Origin: Perkinsela sp. CCAP 1560/9
Taxonomy: Eukaryota; Protista; Euglenozoa: Kinetoplastea
Direction: 5' to 3'
Assembly (NCBI GenBank): GCA_965644495.1
Contig: CBFFSA010000003.1
Location: forward strand, 124,001 to 188,000
DNA length: 64,000 nucleotides
Part shown: positions 1-11,400 of the stretch, piece by piece
How positions within the stretch are numbered: position 1 is the stretch's first letter
How the letters are laid out: the number at the start of each line of letters is the position of its first letter
Notes under the pieces: generated by a model
Told to the model about the DNA's origin: nothing
The model's database searches: none
The model's input: the letters and a program-made list of their open reading frames with translations, nothing else
Translations under genes and position numbers: made by a program

Positions 1-944
1 GTCTCTACTTCGTTGAATATTCAATGAAGCGCCGTCGGTTCGTTGAATATTCAACGAAGCGCCGTCGGTTCGTTGAACGATTCAACGAACCGATTTTTTA
101 TTTTTTTTCACTGAACTTTTCTGGGATTCTGCCAGCGAAGCCCACTTCTTGAGGCAAAACCCCCGTCTGCGAGCAAGGCCCAACTGTGAGTGAAGCCCTG
201 GGACATAATTATATTTTTTAGCGGCCCGCGCGCTCCAGCGCGCGGGTCGCGCACTGAGAACCTATGTCTGCCACTTCCGCAGGATTGTCGAGAGGCAAGG
301 CCCAACGTTGAGCGAAGCCCACTTCTGGAGGCAAAAGCCCCCGTCTGCGAGCAAGGCCCAACTGTGAGCGTAGCCCTGGGACATAATTATATTTTTTGGC
401 GGCCCGCGGGCTCCAGCGCGCGGGTCGCGCACTGAGAACCTATGTCTGCCACTTCCGCAGGATTCTGGTTGGTTGGGTGGTTTCCGCAGGATTCTGGACT
501 ATTTTTTAATATTGATGTGTAGAAAACAGGACCTTTTTCTTTTGCGGATCCTATTTTGAATGAACAACAGTGATACTGGCAATACTTCGGAAGCATTTTT
601 GCGTCGCTTCATGGCCTTCTTGCACCTATATTTTCTAATAATACACGACGTATCTAACACCATGTTTCATCCGTGCGTTTCACATTCATTCACAGGAATC
701 TCCAAACGGGTTAAACTACAACAACAGAAATCTACATGAGATCGACTTGCCGTAAAAGAGTTTCTAGTACCATGCGCTACCTTTGTTGCTCCGTTGAGAC
801 AATTTAAAATGTTAAAAAAATCGAATGCTCGCTCGAAAAAAAATTAAAATCCCGTTCGTTGAATATTCAACGAAGCGCCATCGCTTCGTTGAATCGTTCA
901 ACGAACCGCCGGCGGTTCGTTGAATATTCAACGAAGTAGAGACG
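1..944. mobile_element. Non-autonomous TIR element (MITE) with ~90-bp TIRs built from palindromic TTCGTTGAATATTCAACGAA units; left end clipped by the window edge
   Basis: 1-92 (gtctctacttcgttgaatattcaa...) is the reverse complement of ~855-944 (...ttgaatattcaacgaagtagagacg), which is followed by TA at 945-946. The same terminus, preceded by TA, recurs at 55492. Confidence 0.8.
135..464. repeat. Two tandem ~177-bp-period GC-rich repeat units inside the MITE
   Basis: gcgaagcccacttct...cactgagaacctatgtctgccacttccgcaggatt at 135-286 and 312-464; an inverted homologous copy lies at ~58242-58625. Confidence 0.9.
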
Positions 945-1401
945 TACTCAATAAATTTAATTTATAATGATATTTTTTCCTATTACGCATACGTAAGTTA
1001 TGCGGAGCCAGCTTGATTGTCCGTCTGAGAGTGGGGTCACCAACAGGCGGACCAAATGCGGCCACCCCCTGAAAGCCGAGCACAAAAAAATGCACGAGCT
1101 CGCAGCCGCCCGGCAACTGCCGCCCACCTTTCCCAACTTTTTTGATGAATGCTATTTTTTCTTCCGAAAACGTGTTAAAACGCTTCTTTGGGTTACCCCC
1201 GAGGTCCTACTGAGATTTTGTAATGAAAAAGACCTGTGCTTTTAAATTTCCGAAAAAATCGTTTTATTACCCATTTTATGCCCCTTTCAAGCTCGCCGAA
1301 TTAACCTTAGTAAGCGAGTTAGACACTCACCGTATCTCCCTCAAGAAAGAAATAGAGACTTACAAATGGATTGAATTTTATAATGTTTAAAAATACCATT
1401 A

Positions 1402-1800
1402 TTAGATATCTGACAAATCTTGCAACGTTATTTTTCCAGTTGCGTGGTCCTGCTTCCAGGATGATTTCCCCAAATATGGACATTGTGAACACCGGAAGGC
1501 ATCCCCCTTACTACAATTTCCACACCCTCCAGTAGATAAAGAACTCACCCTCATACTTTCATCTGTGCTTCGAGAAGTATTTTCGGCCTCAGCACGACCA
1601 CAAATGCAATTTTTGCAAACTTTGTTTCTTTTGGAGCAATCCGGCTCATATGTAGTGGAACTTTTTTCTCTTGTATCTTCTTCAGTCAGCAGCTCGCTTT
1701 CACATAAAAGCTCTTCGTCGTCCATGTTCGGAGTATTCAGAAATATATCTACGGGCTCACGTGTTCTCATGGAGTAGACTTTCATTTTAGAGACATTCAT
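1402..1800 (-). CDS. DRE2: Anamorsin/Dre2 homolog (CIA Fe-S assembly), C-terminal Fe-S domain only
   Basis: C-x6-CKNCIC motif and GGCGNCSKGDAFRCSQCPYLG motif; no N-terminal methyltransferase-like domain. Confidence 0.92.
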   Translation of the reverse strand: MNVSKMKVYSMRTREPVDIFLNTPNMDDEELLCESELLTEEDTREKSSTTYEPDCSKRNKVCKNCICGRAEAENTSRSTDESMRVSSLSTGGCGNCSKGDAFRCSQCPYLGKSSWKQDHATGKITLQDLSDI

Positions 1801-2108
1801 TGAACATAAACGCTATTGTGTGAAATATGCAAGTATTTTTTTAGTAGTACTCGGGAGCAAGTAATTTCATTAGTAACCGAAAATAATTGAACATTGTAGT
1901 ATATAAGACTTACGTGTGTATACGCTGCACATGCTTTTTAAGTATGGCAGTGTTCAGTCTCAATATTTGATCGACTTATCCATATACTATGAATAACACA
2001 GCTTGTATCATAAAAGTATTTTTCTGTCTTTTATTAGAAGAAAGCCACACATTTTGTCAGCGAATACGTATTTGTGAGACGGACGACTTGATAGCGCATC
2101 ACACGCCC

Positions 2109-2888
2109 TTAGGAAGCTACAAACATTGATTCATTTGACAGTGTCGTATTACTCTCTCGGGCTAACTTACTACGCTGCACTTCGTCAAGTAGGGCATCGA
2201 CATCGTTGTCAGCATAGCAGCCAAACTCCTTTCCTATGCCTATAACACTGACATCCGTATTTTTACCGTCAAGTTTGACATCATCCCCGCAAGTCATACT
2301 AAGTGCCTTCAAAGCGTGTTTCGTTATTTCATTCAAGTCTGACGTTGCGAATTGTTGATAACGTTTCTCGAGATACATTCGCGCCGACTGACTTCTGGCA
2401 CCAATGGCCGCGCCTTGGGTAGGAAAGATCAACCCTGATGGACCAATCTGATACAGGTGACAACCCGTGCTGTCGCTTCCGATCAGGAGACTTCCAACCC
2501 CCAGAGGACGCTGCGAGCTATTGAGCGTTCGGTTGTGCATTTCATTTGCCACCAGCTCTGCCAGAAGAGACAGTGGGCAAGGTGAGTCATGTGCGTACTC
2601 GTAGTTCATGCACTCGGTTCGCATCCACTCTGCCATCACACGAGCGTCCGAGATCAATCCTGATATCGCCATACCACAGTGTAACGCAATTTCAAATACC
2701 TTCTTTTGATGAGAAGCAAATTTTTCTTTTGGGGCTCTTTTCAAGGAACAAACCACAGCGCAATCCTTGCCTCGAATCCCTACACACGCGCTTCCTTGTT
2801 TTACTGCCTCCTGAGCATATTCCACTTGGTACAGACGTCCGTGCGGGGACCACGTGGCAATATCGGTGTCGTATTGATTGCGTTGCAT
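2109..2888 (-). CDS. PSMA1: 20S proteasome subunit alpha type-1 (alpha6)
   Basis: MQRNQYDTDIATWSPHGRLYQVEYA, AIGARSQSARMYLE; start set at the ATG at 2888 rather than the track start at 2936. Confidence 0.95.
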   Translation of the reverse strand: MQRNQYDTDIATWSPHGRLYQVEYAQEAVKQGSACVGIRGKDCAVVCSLKRAPKEKFASHQKKVFEIALHCGMAISGLISDARVMAEWMRTECMNYEYAHDSPCPLSLLAELVANEMHNRTLNSSQRPLGVGSLLIGSDSTGCHLYQIGPSGLIFPTQGAAIGARSQSARMYLEKRYQQFATSDLNEITKHALKALSMTCGDDVKLDGKNTDVSVIGIGKEFGCYADNDVDALLDEVQRSKLARESNTTLSNESMFVAS

Positions 2889-3008
2889 TATTAAAAAGCA
2901 GTAAAAAGATAAAAAAAAGAAATCCCCTTTGCGCACATGAGGTGAACTTTCATATTCCTTTTTCCTGTAGAATCATTCTACATTTTTAAGTGATGCTGCT
3001 ATTGATCT

Positions 3009-3232
3009 TTATGATTTCAGGCTATCCTCGTCATTTAAATCAACAGACATACACACACAGTATACCAGCATACCACGGCATACCACACACAGTATACCAG
3101 CGTAAACAAGGATTTGCGGACAATAACTACCAATAGGGGCCTTGTCAACAAATGGTATTCCAAATACCACTCCAAAAATAATCAAAAATGACACGAAAGA
3201 GGCTTACCGCGCAGCCCAAAAACTAGTGTCAT
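3009..3232 (-). CDS. Small two-TM protein resembling V-ATPase subunit e; 5' end disrupted (ATG at 3232 is out of frame with the body)
   Basis: Hydrophobic segments FLIIFGVVFGIPFVDKAP...ILCVVCRGMLVYCVCMS resemble the Vma9/ATP6V0E pattern (PwFvPKGP...LtavCC); frame break near 3200. Confidence 0.35.
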
Positions 3233-3370
3233 GGTGTAAAGATATAAATTAATTTTAGCATCACGCGTCTTTAACAAATTATCGTTTTCGGAATCAGAGA
3301 GTAAGTTTACATTTGCCGAAAATCAAAAATAAACACATGTATTAATAGAGCACCTAACGCCAGTTGTCGC

Positions 3371-3892
3371 CTACAACTGAGCACGTCGCGCCTCTCGAGT
3401 TCCCCTGCGGCGCATTTCCGTGTCGATTTGATGGGAGGTTTGATTGTGGTTGTAACCTGAACTTAGTGCTATTTCGTGCCCTGCTTCCAAATACCCTTTT
3501 CGACCCTCTGTAATGGAGTGATTGATTGACTTGCGTGCAGACTCGCTCACTACCCGATCCGCAACAAAGTCCAATGGGCATCGTCGCCCAGAGCTGCCAT
3601 GCTGCTGTAGAGCCCAGGAGGCCCAAAGCACTATAGCAATATTCTGCAAAAAACGAACGATCTCGTGAAGGTCCTGCGGCTCGCTACGCCACATTCGTTG
3701 TAGCCATCCGAATTTAGAAAACGGAAACGTTTTAGAGAGCCCAGAAAAGACGTTGCCAAGCAGCAAAGCTGCGGGAGCCAATGAAACAATAATGGGAAGC
3801 GTTTTGCATGTGGGTAAAGGCAGCACACGCTCTTCCAAAAAGTGTACCACTTGATGAACTGGAATCCAAATGTCGGACATAGAGTTCTCCAT
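3371..3892 (-). CDS. Hypothetical protein, 173 aa, possibly membrane-associated
   Basis: ATG-initiated ORF in the cluster orientation with two hydrophobic stretches; no recognisable motif. Confidence 0.6.
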   Translation of the reverse strand: MENSMSDIWIPVHQVVHFLEERVLPLPTCKTLPIIVSLAPAALLLGNVFSGLSKTFPFSKFGWLQRMWRSEPQDLHEIVRFLQNIAIVLWASWALQQHGSSGRRCPLDFVADRVVSESARKSINHSITEGRKGYLEAGHEIALSSGYNHNQTSHQIDTEMRRRGTREARRAQL

Positions 3893-3968
3893 TAGTCAAC
3901 AAAATGCAGCTAAATTATGATTATGTAGGACGCCAAAGGTTGTCTTAGCCATAGAAAATAAAAATAAA

Positions 3969-4090
3969 TACTATCCGCCTCCTATTTAATGGGGCTCCGA
4001 TTTTGGGCGAAACGTCCTGTTAAAGGGGGGGTACATGGAAAAACATATGAAAAAAAAATCGCCCCCCCTTCGCGGCGCCGTTTTTATCGT
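3969..4090. mobile_element. Solo end of the CTATCCCC-type MITE family
   Basis: tactatccgcctcctatttaatggggctccgattttgggcgaaacgtcctgttaaagggggggtacatggaaaa aligns with the reverse complement of 25600-25680. Confidence 0.7.
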
Positions 4091-4329
4091 TGTTAAGCAA
4101 GTTGCTCCCTTTTGATACACTTTATGCTGTTGGGGTGGCTATAAAGGGCGGATTCGGAAATTATTTTTACTCTTCCCATCGTTCGGTTCGCGAGAAACAG
4201 TTCGGTTCGCGAGAAACAACTGCGAAGGCCTTCTGAAGCGAATATACGACAGATTTTTTCCCATCGGAGCTTCTGATTCCTGAACAGCAACATGGTACGA
4301 GAAGCACACGTATCTTATTCAACAAGACC

Positions 4330-4670
4330 CTATATTGATCACGTCTTTACAAAGCGCATGAGAGACTAATGGGGTAGAGACCCCAAAGCTTGGAGGCGTG
4401 ACGCGGTGGTGTAATGACAAATTTATGTGCATGCAGTTACTTGCAAAAAATATGGACACTGTAGCCTCGTTTGTGCAGAGTAAAAGCGAGAAGGGAAAAG
4501 CTTCGAACTCGATTTTGAAATGCAAGCGTGTGTTAGATCGTTTCGGTGCATCTCTTATCGAAGCTGGTTGCATTTCTTTTCTCAATGAATGTAACTGGTA
4601 CTTAGTACGTACTATCCGTACTAAGGGGATGTATGTTAGTACAGAAAACTTGACAATTTCGAAAATATGA
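4330..4670 (+). pseudogene. Possible hAT-like transposase fragment
   Basis: Plus-strand translation ...TPKLGGVTRWCNDKFMCMQLL... resembles the hAT TRWnS.y.M..rll motif; it is antisense to the gene cluster and next to a MITE end. Confidence 0.3.
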
Positions 4671-4698
4671 TTCTAGAACGAAAAACATTACGCCGAAG

Positions 4699-5247
4699 CT
4701 ACGACGATGTATCAAATGGTCTGTCATCTGCACGCCATGCGTGCCATGCTTGTTTTGGATCTCTGACCGCTTCCTCTGTAGGAGGCTCAAGCTCCTCATG
4801 CTTCATTTTAAAATTCTTCACGTAAAGTGTTTGATGCAAGAGAGCTTGCCGTCGTGCCAGCCATCCAAGCAAAAGTGATATACCAAAAAACATGGCAAGT
4901 ACATCCCAACCATCGGTTAAACTTTCCTTAGATGTGCTCACTCGATTATATCCGGACCCCTCATCATGAGTTACTCGATTGCATTCGATGGGTTTCCGCA
5001 ACGGGTCATCAGCATACCTATCCAATAATTTGTAGGACTCTTGTAACAGACGAAAATTCTCATTGGTACCACCGTGATCAGGATGGTGCTTCAAAAGTAG
5101 CTGCCGATATTTCTTCTTTAACCTTGTTCGGCTGACAGACTCATTTAATTTAAATCCGAACAACCCAAAGGCCTGTGATATTTTTACGCCATCTGCAGGA
5201 GTGAATACATCACTTTGACGACACAGTAGCTGAGCACTCCTTATCAT
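4699..5247 (-). CDS. J-domain (DnaJ) protein with a C-terminal TM segment, probably mitochondrial
   Basis: LKKKYRQLLLKHHPDHGG (HPD motif), MIRSAQLLCR presequence-like start, TM VLAMFFGISLLLGWL. Confidence 0.85.
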   Translation of the reverse strand: MIRSAQLLCRQSDVFTPADGVKISQAFGLFGFKLNESVSRTRLKKKYRQLLLKHHPDHGGTNENFRLLQESYKLLDRYADDPLRKPIECNRVTHDEGSGYNRVSTSKESLTDGWDVLAMFFGISLLLGWLARRQALLHQTLYVKNFKMKHEELEPPTEEAVRDPKQAWHAWRADDRPFDTSS

Positions 5248-5642
5248 GGCCTCTCTCTAGGACACATTTATTCCCATGTAAACATGACTACTACTGTAGG
5301 TAAAACGAATACTTTGCATTGTACAGTAGCTCGTAGCTTTGTAAATATATGCCAAGGTGATTTAGGCAAGTAGATAAGAGAAATGTACCATTCTTAATGT
5401 TTCAAATTCCCAATTAGGGTCAAGAAAACGATGTAAAAGCAGTATGTTGTTTCTATTCTAGTCACAAAAATGGTGATAATCAAGCTAAAAAAAGCTACAG
5501 AAAATTATTATCGAGATAAAGTTCTCGCAAAATGACGGTTTTTGAGCAATTAAAAATGAAGTACAACACATTGTACTTCAGTAGAAAAGACGGTGTTGAC
5601 CGAACAGTGGGACGTGGAACGTTAAAAGTACTCTACCGAACT

Positions 5643-8057
5643 CTAAGTAGGAGCGAGGCTCGCCTTTGCAAGAATGGCTGCGACATCACGTGCCACTCCA
5701 GTTTTTCCAAGTGAAAAGTGATCTTCTAGAATTTCATTGTAAGTCTTCACATGATCTGTGGTCCTCTCTTTTCGATACTTCTTAGGCTTATATTCTCCTT
5801 TATTTTCGACCGTCATACAAAAGGTATTTTTTGACAATGAACCAAGACACTGTTTCGTAGTCCTCATTTTCTTTTCAAAACCGATGGCATTCTTGTCTAC
5901 GCGAACGGCACGGGGGGTGAGTCCTCTTACAGTCATCTGCCTGGGATCGCGTACTCGACTCAGAGCCACGTAGGCAAGATGGTCGCAATTCCAATGATCG
6001 GAGAGGTCCAGAACCACCTTCCCTTCGAGTGTCAGACCCTGTACCTTGTGTACGGTAAAAGCGTAGCCGAGACAGAGAGGAATACACACCAGAGAGATGC
6101 CAAAGTACTTATCTATAGGCCTGCCTCCGATAACCATTGCGACGGGAGGAACCGTCATGGTCTCCCCGTTGGGGAACTCCACAATAGGATAGTGAAACAC
6201 CGTCTCCCCGCGACTCATCATCTCCTGCTCATAGAGTTCAATGCCCTGTTTGAAGTACTGTATCGAATATGTATTCTCTTTAGGAAGTTCTCCAAACCCC
6301 ACCACGCGACCAACGGAACCGTTTACCAGAGTATGCGAAAAATTCTTTCGTAACATAACGCGAACTCCTTTTTTTAAAAGGAACTCACGATGCATTGTTT
6401 CACTCCCCAGTTGACTTTGAAGTGGTCGTATGTACCGCGTCGGTACGATATGGGGACTTACTTCCTTCACAAATGTCGCACTGGTGATTTTCAAAACCTC
6501 TAACATTTTTACGTACACCACATGCGAGAAACGCTTTGAGGGTACCGTAAACCCAGGACCGGGGTCAACTTCTCCAAGTCGGGCTCGAAAGCCTACCAGA
6601 AACCCTTTGCTCGTGACGCCCTCCTCCCTGGGCGCCACCACCTCATCCATCAGCAGGGCGCACGCCTCACACACCCCGGGGGGGACGCCAAAGTCCAAAA
6701 ATATCCTCTCGAGCTTGTGCTCTACTTTTGCACGCATTTTGTTCATCCACATCCCCAGGTTCGCGTAGGGTATATTCACACGAAAGACGGCCACCTGGGT
6801 CCAGCACCCGACCAGCTCCACGTCGCTGATAATACTCGAGTACCGCACCATGGGGCCCGGGGTACGGTGGAGCATGCGGTCGTTACGCTCCTGAGCCGGG
6901 GCGTTCTTGAAATACAAATACGTCGCTTCCGGAATCTCCGGCAGGGGCTCGTCAAGCGAGAGGTGTTTCACACTCTCGTTGAACAGGTCGGTGTTTAAGA
7001 CTCCTTTGCGGAGTTTCTGAAGCACGTGAAGAAAGTTGCTGTCCTTGGATTCCTCGAGATGGGCACGTAGCCTGTGGTTGGTGGTTAGTTTCACGTGCAG
7101 GAAGCGTTTCATGAAGAGACGGCTTTTAAAGAGGGATTGGTTGCCAGGGACAGTGCCCAACTGAAGAAAATCACCACAAAGAATGATTTGCAAGCCACCA
7201 AACGGAGAATTATTACCTCGCGCCGCTCGACAGCAACGATCTAATTTTTCGAGCATCTGCCAAGGGAGCATCGAAACCTCATCGATGAGGAGCGCATCGT
7301 ATTGCTTCATGGCTGCCCTTCTGTTGACGTTAAAACCAAAAATGTGCTGTAGGGTGTTGCCATCGACATTGATGGCTGCTACCCCAGTGGTAGCTGTAAC
7401 ACACACGTCAAGCCCACGGGACATTAAAGTTTGCGCAATAAACCGAACCAGCGCAGTTTTCCCGGTACCAGCTGATCCCCCAATGTATATGTTATGACCC
7501 TTTATGACAAGTTCTAACACCGTTCGCTGTTCGTCGCATAGCGGAAGCTTTGTGATTTGTTTTCCGCACTTAAGAACCTGCTTCGCAGGAGCGTATTCGA
7601 CCCCGTTCGTAGGATCTTCGGGGAGAGAGACTACTTCCCCTAACGAGAGATCACTTTCAGGAGGCCTGAGTGATAGAGAAATTGCTGCGTTGTCTATATT
7701 CATCACTGTATTTCTCGACATATCCATGTTTTGGAAGGCCACAGGTACGGTGGGACTTGCTAGTAAATAATTTTTAATACTGTCCTTGAATGATTCCAAG
7801 TTCGCGCTATTTAGTGCGTTCTCCTCAAGTGTTTTTCGCAATGTTGCAGGTAACTCCTTAAGATATTTAGAAAGGAATACAGAATGTCCTTTCCTTCTCA
7901 ATATCGTCGATGCAGCATTCGAAAATTTGGACTCATCATCAATTGAGACTAATCCAGTTTCAGGATGGCGTAGAAATCCCATTTGTCGCATGCTGTGAGG
8001 TGTGCACGTACGAAAAGGTCTATGGTACTTTCTACAACGAGGGATGCTCCGGAACAT
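5643..8057 (-). CDS. PIF1: PIF1-family 5'-3' DNA helicase, probably mitochondrial
   Basis: GSAGTGKT, TATTGVAA, LIDEVSM, GGLQIILCGDFLQL, LVNGSVG, YAFTVHKVQGLTL, YVALSRV; Arg-rich N-terminus. Confidence 0.93.
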   Translation of the reverse strand: MFRSIPRCRKYHRPFRTCTPHSMRQMGFLRHPETGLVSIDDESKFSNAASTILRRKGHSVFLSKYLKELPATLRKTLEENALNSANLESFKDSIKNYLLASPTVPVAFQNMDMSRNTVMNIDNAAISLSLRPPESDLSLGEVVSLPEDPTNGVEYAPAKQVLKCGKQITKLPLCDEQRTVLELVIKGHNIYIGGSAGTGKTALVRFIAQTLMSRGLDVCVTATTGVAAINVDGNTLQHIFGFNVNRRAAMKQYDALLIDEVSMLPWQMLEKLDRCCRAARGNNSPFGGLQIILCGDFLQLGTVPGNQSLFKSRLFMKRFLHVKLTTNHRLRAHLEESKDSNFLHVLQKLRKGVLNTDLFNESVKHLSLDEPLPEIPEATYLYFKNAPAQERNDRMLHRTPGPMVRYSSIISDVELVGCWTQVAVFRVNIPYANLGMWMNKMRAKVEHKLERIFLDFGVPPGVCEACALLMDEVVAPREEGVTSKGFLVGFRARLGEVDPGPGFTVPSKRFSHVVYVKMLEVLKITSATFVKEVSPHIVPTRYIRPLQSQLGSETMHREFLLKKGVRVMLRKNFSHTLVNGSVGRVVGFGELPKENTYSIQYFKQGIELYEQEMMSRGETVFHYPIVEFPNGETMTVPPVAMVIGGRPIDKYFGISLVCIPLCLGYAFTVHKVQGLTLEGKVVLDLSDHWNCDHLAYVALSRVRDPRQMTVRGLTPRAVRVDKNAIGFEKKMRTTKQCLGSLSKNTFCMTVENKGEYKPKKYRKERTTDHVKTYNEILEDHFSLGKTGVARDVAAILAKASLAPT

Positions 8058-8475
8058 GATTTTTGGCGAGGATCTTAGAACTTTCTCACTGTAAATATAA
8101 ATATTTTTGTATCTACTGTTTCATGCAAAATTTTCATTTGCTTTGCGAATGGCTGGAATGTGAAAAGTGGAATTAGCCAAAAACCAATACAAAAATGTAT
8201 TTATTTCTCTCACCAGCTTCTCGACTGATCATAGTGTCTGTCCACTATCACATTATTTAATATCAATAATTAAGAAAGCTCGCCGAGTAGCGAGCTTCTG
8301 TGCATCGAGCAAATTGGCATCGAGTAATTATATCGAATAATAGCAACACAACCATCATAAAGGGCTGCTAATATGTTTGCTGCATACATGTGTAGTGCAA
8401 GTCAGCTACCGCCCAGCAAATTCTGGATAGTGGAGTGTAAAGGTTACAAAGAAAAATTCTCTAAATTCTTTCAGA

Positions 8476-11400
8476 TTAGTCAAAAGATAAGTCATGCATA
8501 CATGTAGGTGTTTTGTGACGGTAATTCACAGTTTTCTCTTTACACAATTTTCGTGTTGAATGGTTGGTAAATACGGGAATACGACGCTCCGGATTACGAG
8601 ATAAACTTTCGTGTTGAACAAGAATTTTATGACTTATTCTGCGTGATTCTTTTCTGGAATCTATTTTAGGATCCCTAGACTTGCTTGAGAGACCCTTTTG
8701 CACATTTGATTCCACGATCTGAAGTCTGTGGGGTGATGTTACGTCCGTTTTACCACTTACCCGAGACGACAAAATTTGTCGACTCTTTCCGACCGTTTCA
8801 TTTGGACGTAAGAATGACCTTTGTGCAGTACTTTGCTTTTGTTTACCTGATATTCTCAAGTTTTCCTTAATAGCTTTATGAGATTCAGAATTTCCAAAAG
8901 AAAACGGACCCGGTTCCAACACATCGCGTTTTCGGAGCAAAGCATTGCCGATTGTTTTTTCCTTAATCCCAATATGCGATTGCCTTGAGCTTGTGTAATT
9001 CTGTACCTTGGAGTAAGACTTTCTCTTTTGGGGTCGGGTTCTTGACTGTCTCTTTTCAATCCCAGTAAGCGATTGCCTTGATAGCGCAGAATTCTGCATC
9101 TTTGAATAAGACTCTTTTTTCAGGGGTTGGGCACTTGCCTTCTTGTGCTTAGTCCCAATCTGCGACTGCCTTAGCATCGCTAAATTCTGCACCTCAGAGT
9201 AAAACGCTTTCTTTTGGGGTCGGATGTTTGACTGTCTATCTTCGGTCCCAATGTGCAGCTCCCTTGCTCTTGGAAAACTCTGCATCATCGGATAAAACTC
9301 CTTCCTTTGGGGTCGGGCGCTCGCCTTTTTGTTTCTAGTCCCAATCTGCGACTGCGCTGGGCTTGCAAAATTCTTCACCTTGGAGTAAGACTCTCTCTTT
9401 TGGGGTCGGGTGCTTGACTGTCTGTTTTCAATCCCAATGAGCGATTGCCTTGATAACGCAGAATTCTGCATCTTTGAATACGACTCCTTTTTCTGGGGTT
9501 GGGTGCTTGACTGCTTGTGTTCAGCCCCAATTTGCGTCTGCCTTGGTATCGCAAAATTCTGCACCTCAGGGTAAAACGCTTTCTTTTGGGGTCGGATGCT
9601 TGGCTGTCTGCTTTCAATCCCAATCTGCGACTGCGCTGGGCTCGCAAAATTCTGCACCTTGGAGTAAGACTCTCTCTTTTGGGGTCCGGTGCTAAACTGT
9701 CTATTTTTAGTCCCAATATCCGACCCCCTTGCTCTTGAAAAACTCTGCATCTTCGGATAAAACTCTTTCCTTTGGGGCTGGATGCTTGCCACCTTTTGAT
9801 ACTTTGATGAACCCGGAGAATTACTGGAACTTATCTTAGATTTCTGTTTTAATCTCAAGGGCAACAAGCCAGCAATAGGAGAGATGAAGCTTCGAAGGGG
9901 AGATTTTTCTTCCCCCTTTTCAGACAGCCCTACATACTTTTTCTTGCATATTTTTCCGACTTCATTCCTCGGTACACTAGTCGACAGAGTTACAGACTTT
10001 CTGTGGGGGATTGATTTCGCTTTGGTATGATTTCGATCAACGCGATAAGAAGTCCTCGATATTCCACGGGATTCCGTTAACCCATGAGGGAGTGGTTTCG
10101 CTTTGCTCTGCCTTCGATCAACACGAGAAGAAGTCCTCGGTATTCCATCGGATTTCGTTGACCTAAGGGTTCCTCTGGCGACGATTTGCTTCACGTTCAA
10201 TTTTTCACCCATTCCGGATTTTGGTACGTTCTGCTCATTCGCGAGATACTTCTTTCTCGGTGCTTTGGAGACAGTTTTAACATTACCCTTTTTACGACTA
10301 TGTTTGGCTCCTGTGTAAAGGAGCGAAACCATTTGAATAAGTGAAGATACTTCGCTTGTACACGCAACATTGCACTTGCGGAATATCTCAAACAATTTAG
10401 GAACATGCATGTGTTTCAAGAGACTACCCCTTGTAGATGACCCCGCAATAAGTGAAACGCCTAAAACCAGCGTGAGAACGCGACAAATTTCGCTCTTCTC
10501 CACATCAGACAGAGAAGTATTTTTGTTGCCAAGCAGTGCCGTCAGAACAATCAAAAGGTTTTCACAGTTCGGATTACCATTGCTTTCGTTAGCAGACTTC
10601 TCCCGAACATTCTCCACTTCCACGGAACGTGAATCAACAACAGCACGTTTCCCCGTATCAGTTTCCGATTTCTCTTTTGCAGCTACTCCCAACGTTGTAT
10701 CTCCAGAACTTGTTTCCAAAACAGGCAGCACATTATCCGAAATAGTACCCGGCGGGTGGCTCTTCACACGCTCGGATTGACAAGTAAGTTTCGTACTCCC
10801 AGATGAATCCAACGAGAGGCTCTGGGGTTCATCGTCCAAATCGACCTCCACAGATTCCACCATTGAGACAACCTTGGATGGGGTAGGAGTGGGTTTGCTG
10901 ACCGACCCTGTTGGCTTCGTTGTGCTTGCCACAGGCTTTGGTGCAGATGCAGCAGGTTTCGGTGGAGCGGGTATGAAATCATCGTCCTCATCATCATCAA
11001 AGTTGAACTGTGGCTTGGAGGCAACCTTGGATGGGGTAGGAGTGGGTTTGCTGACCGTCTCTCCTGGCTTCCTTGTGCTTGCCACAGGTTTTGGTACGGA
11101 TACAGAAGGTTTCGGTGGAGCGGGTATGAAGTCATCGTCTTCATCATCAAAGCTGAGCTGTGGCTTGGAGGCAACCTTGGATGAGGTAGGAGTGGGTTTG
11201 CTGACCGTCTCTGTTGGCATCGCTGTGCTCGCCCCAGGTTTTGGTACAGATGTAGCAGGTTTCGGTGGAGCGGGTATGAAGTCATCGTCCTCATCATCAT
11301 CAAAGTTGAACTGTGGCTTGGAGGCAACCTTGGATGGGGTAGGAGTGGGTTTGCTGACCGTCTCTGTTGACTTCGTTGTGCTTGCTACAGGCTTTGGTGC

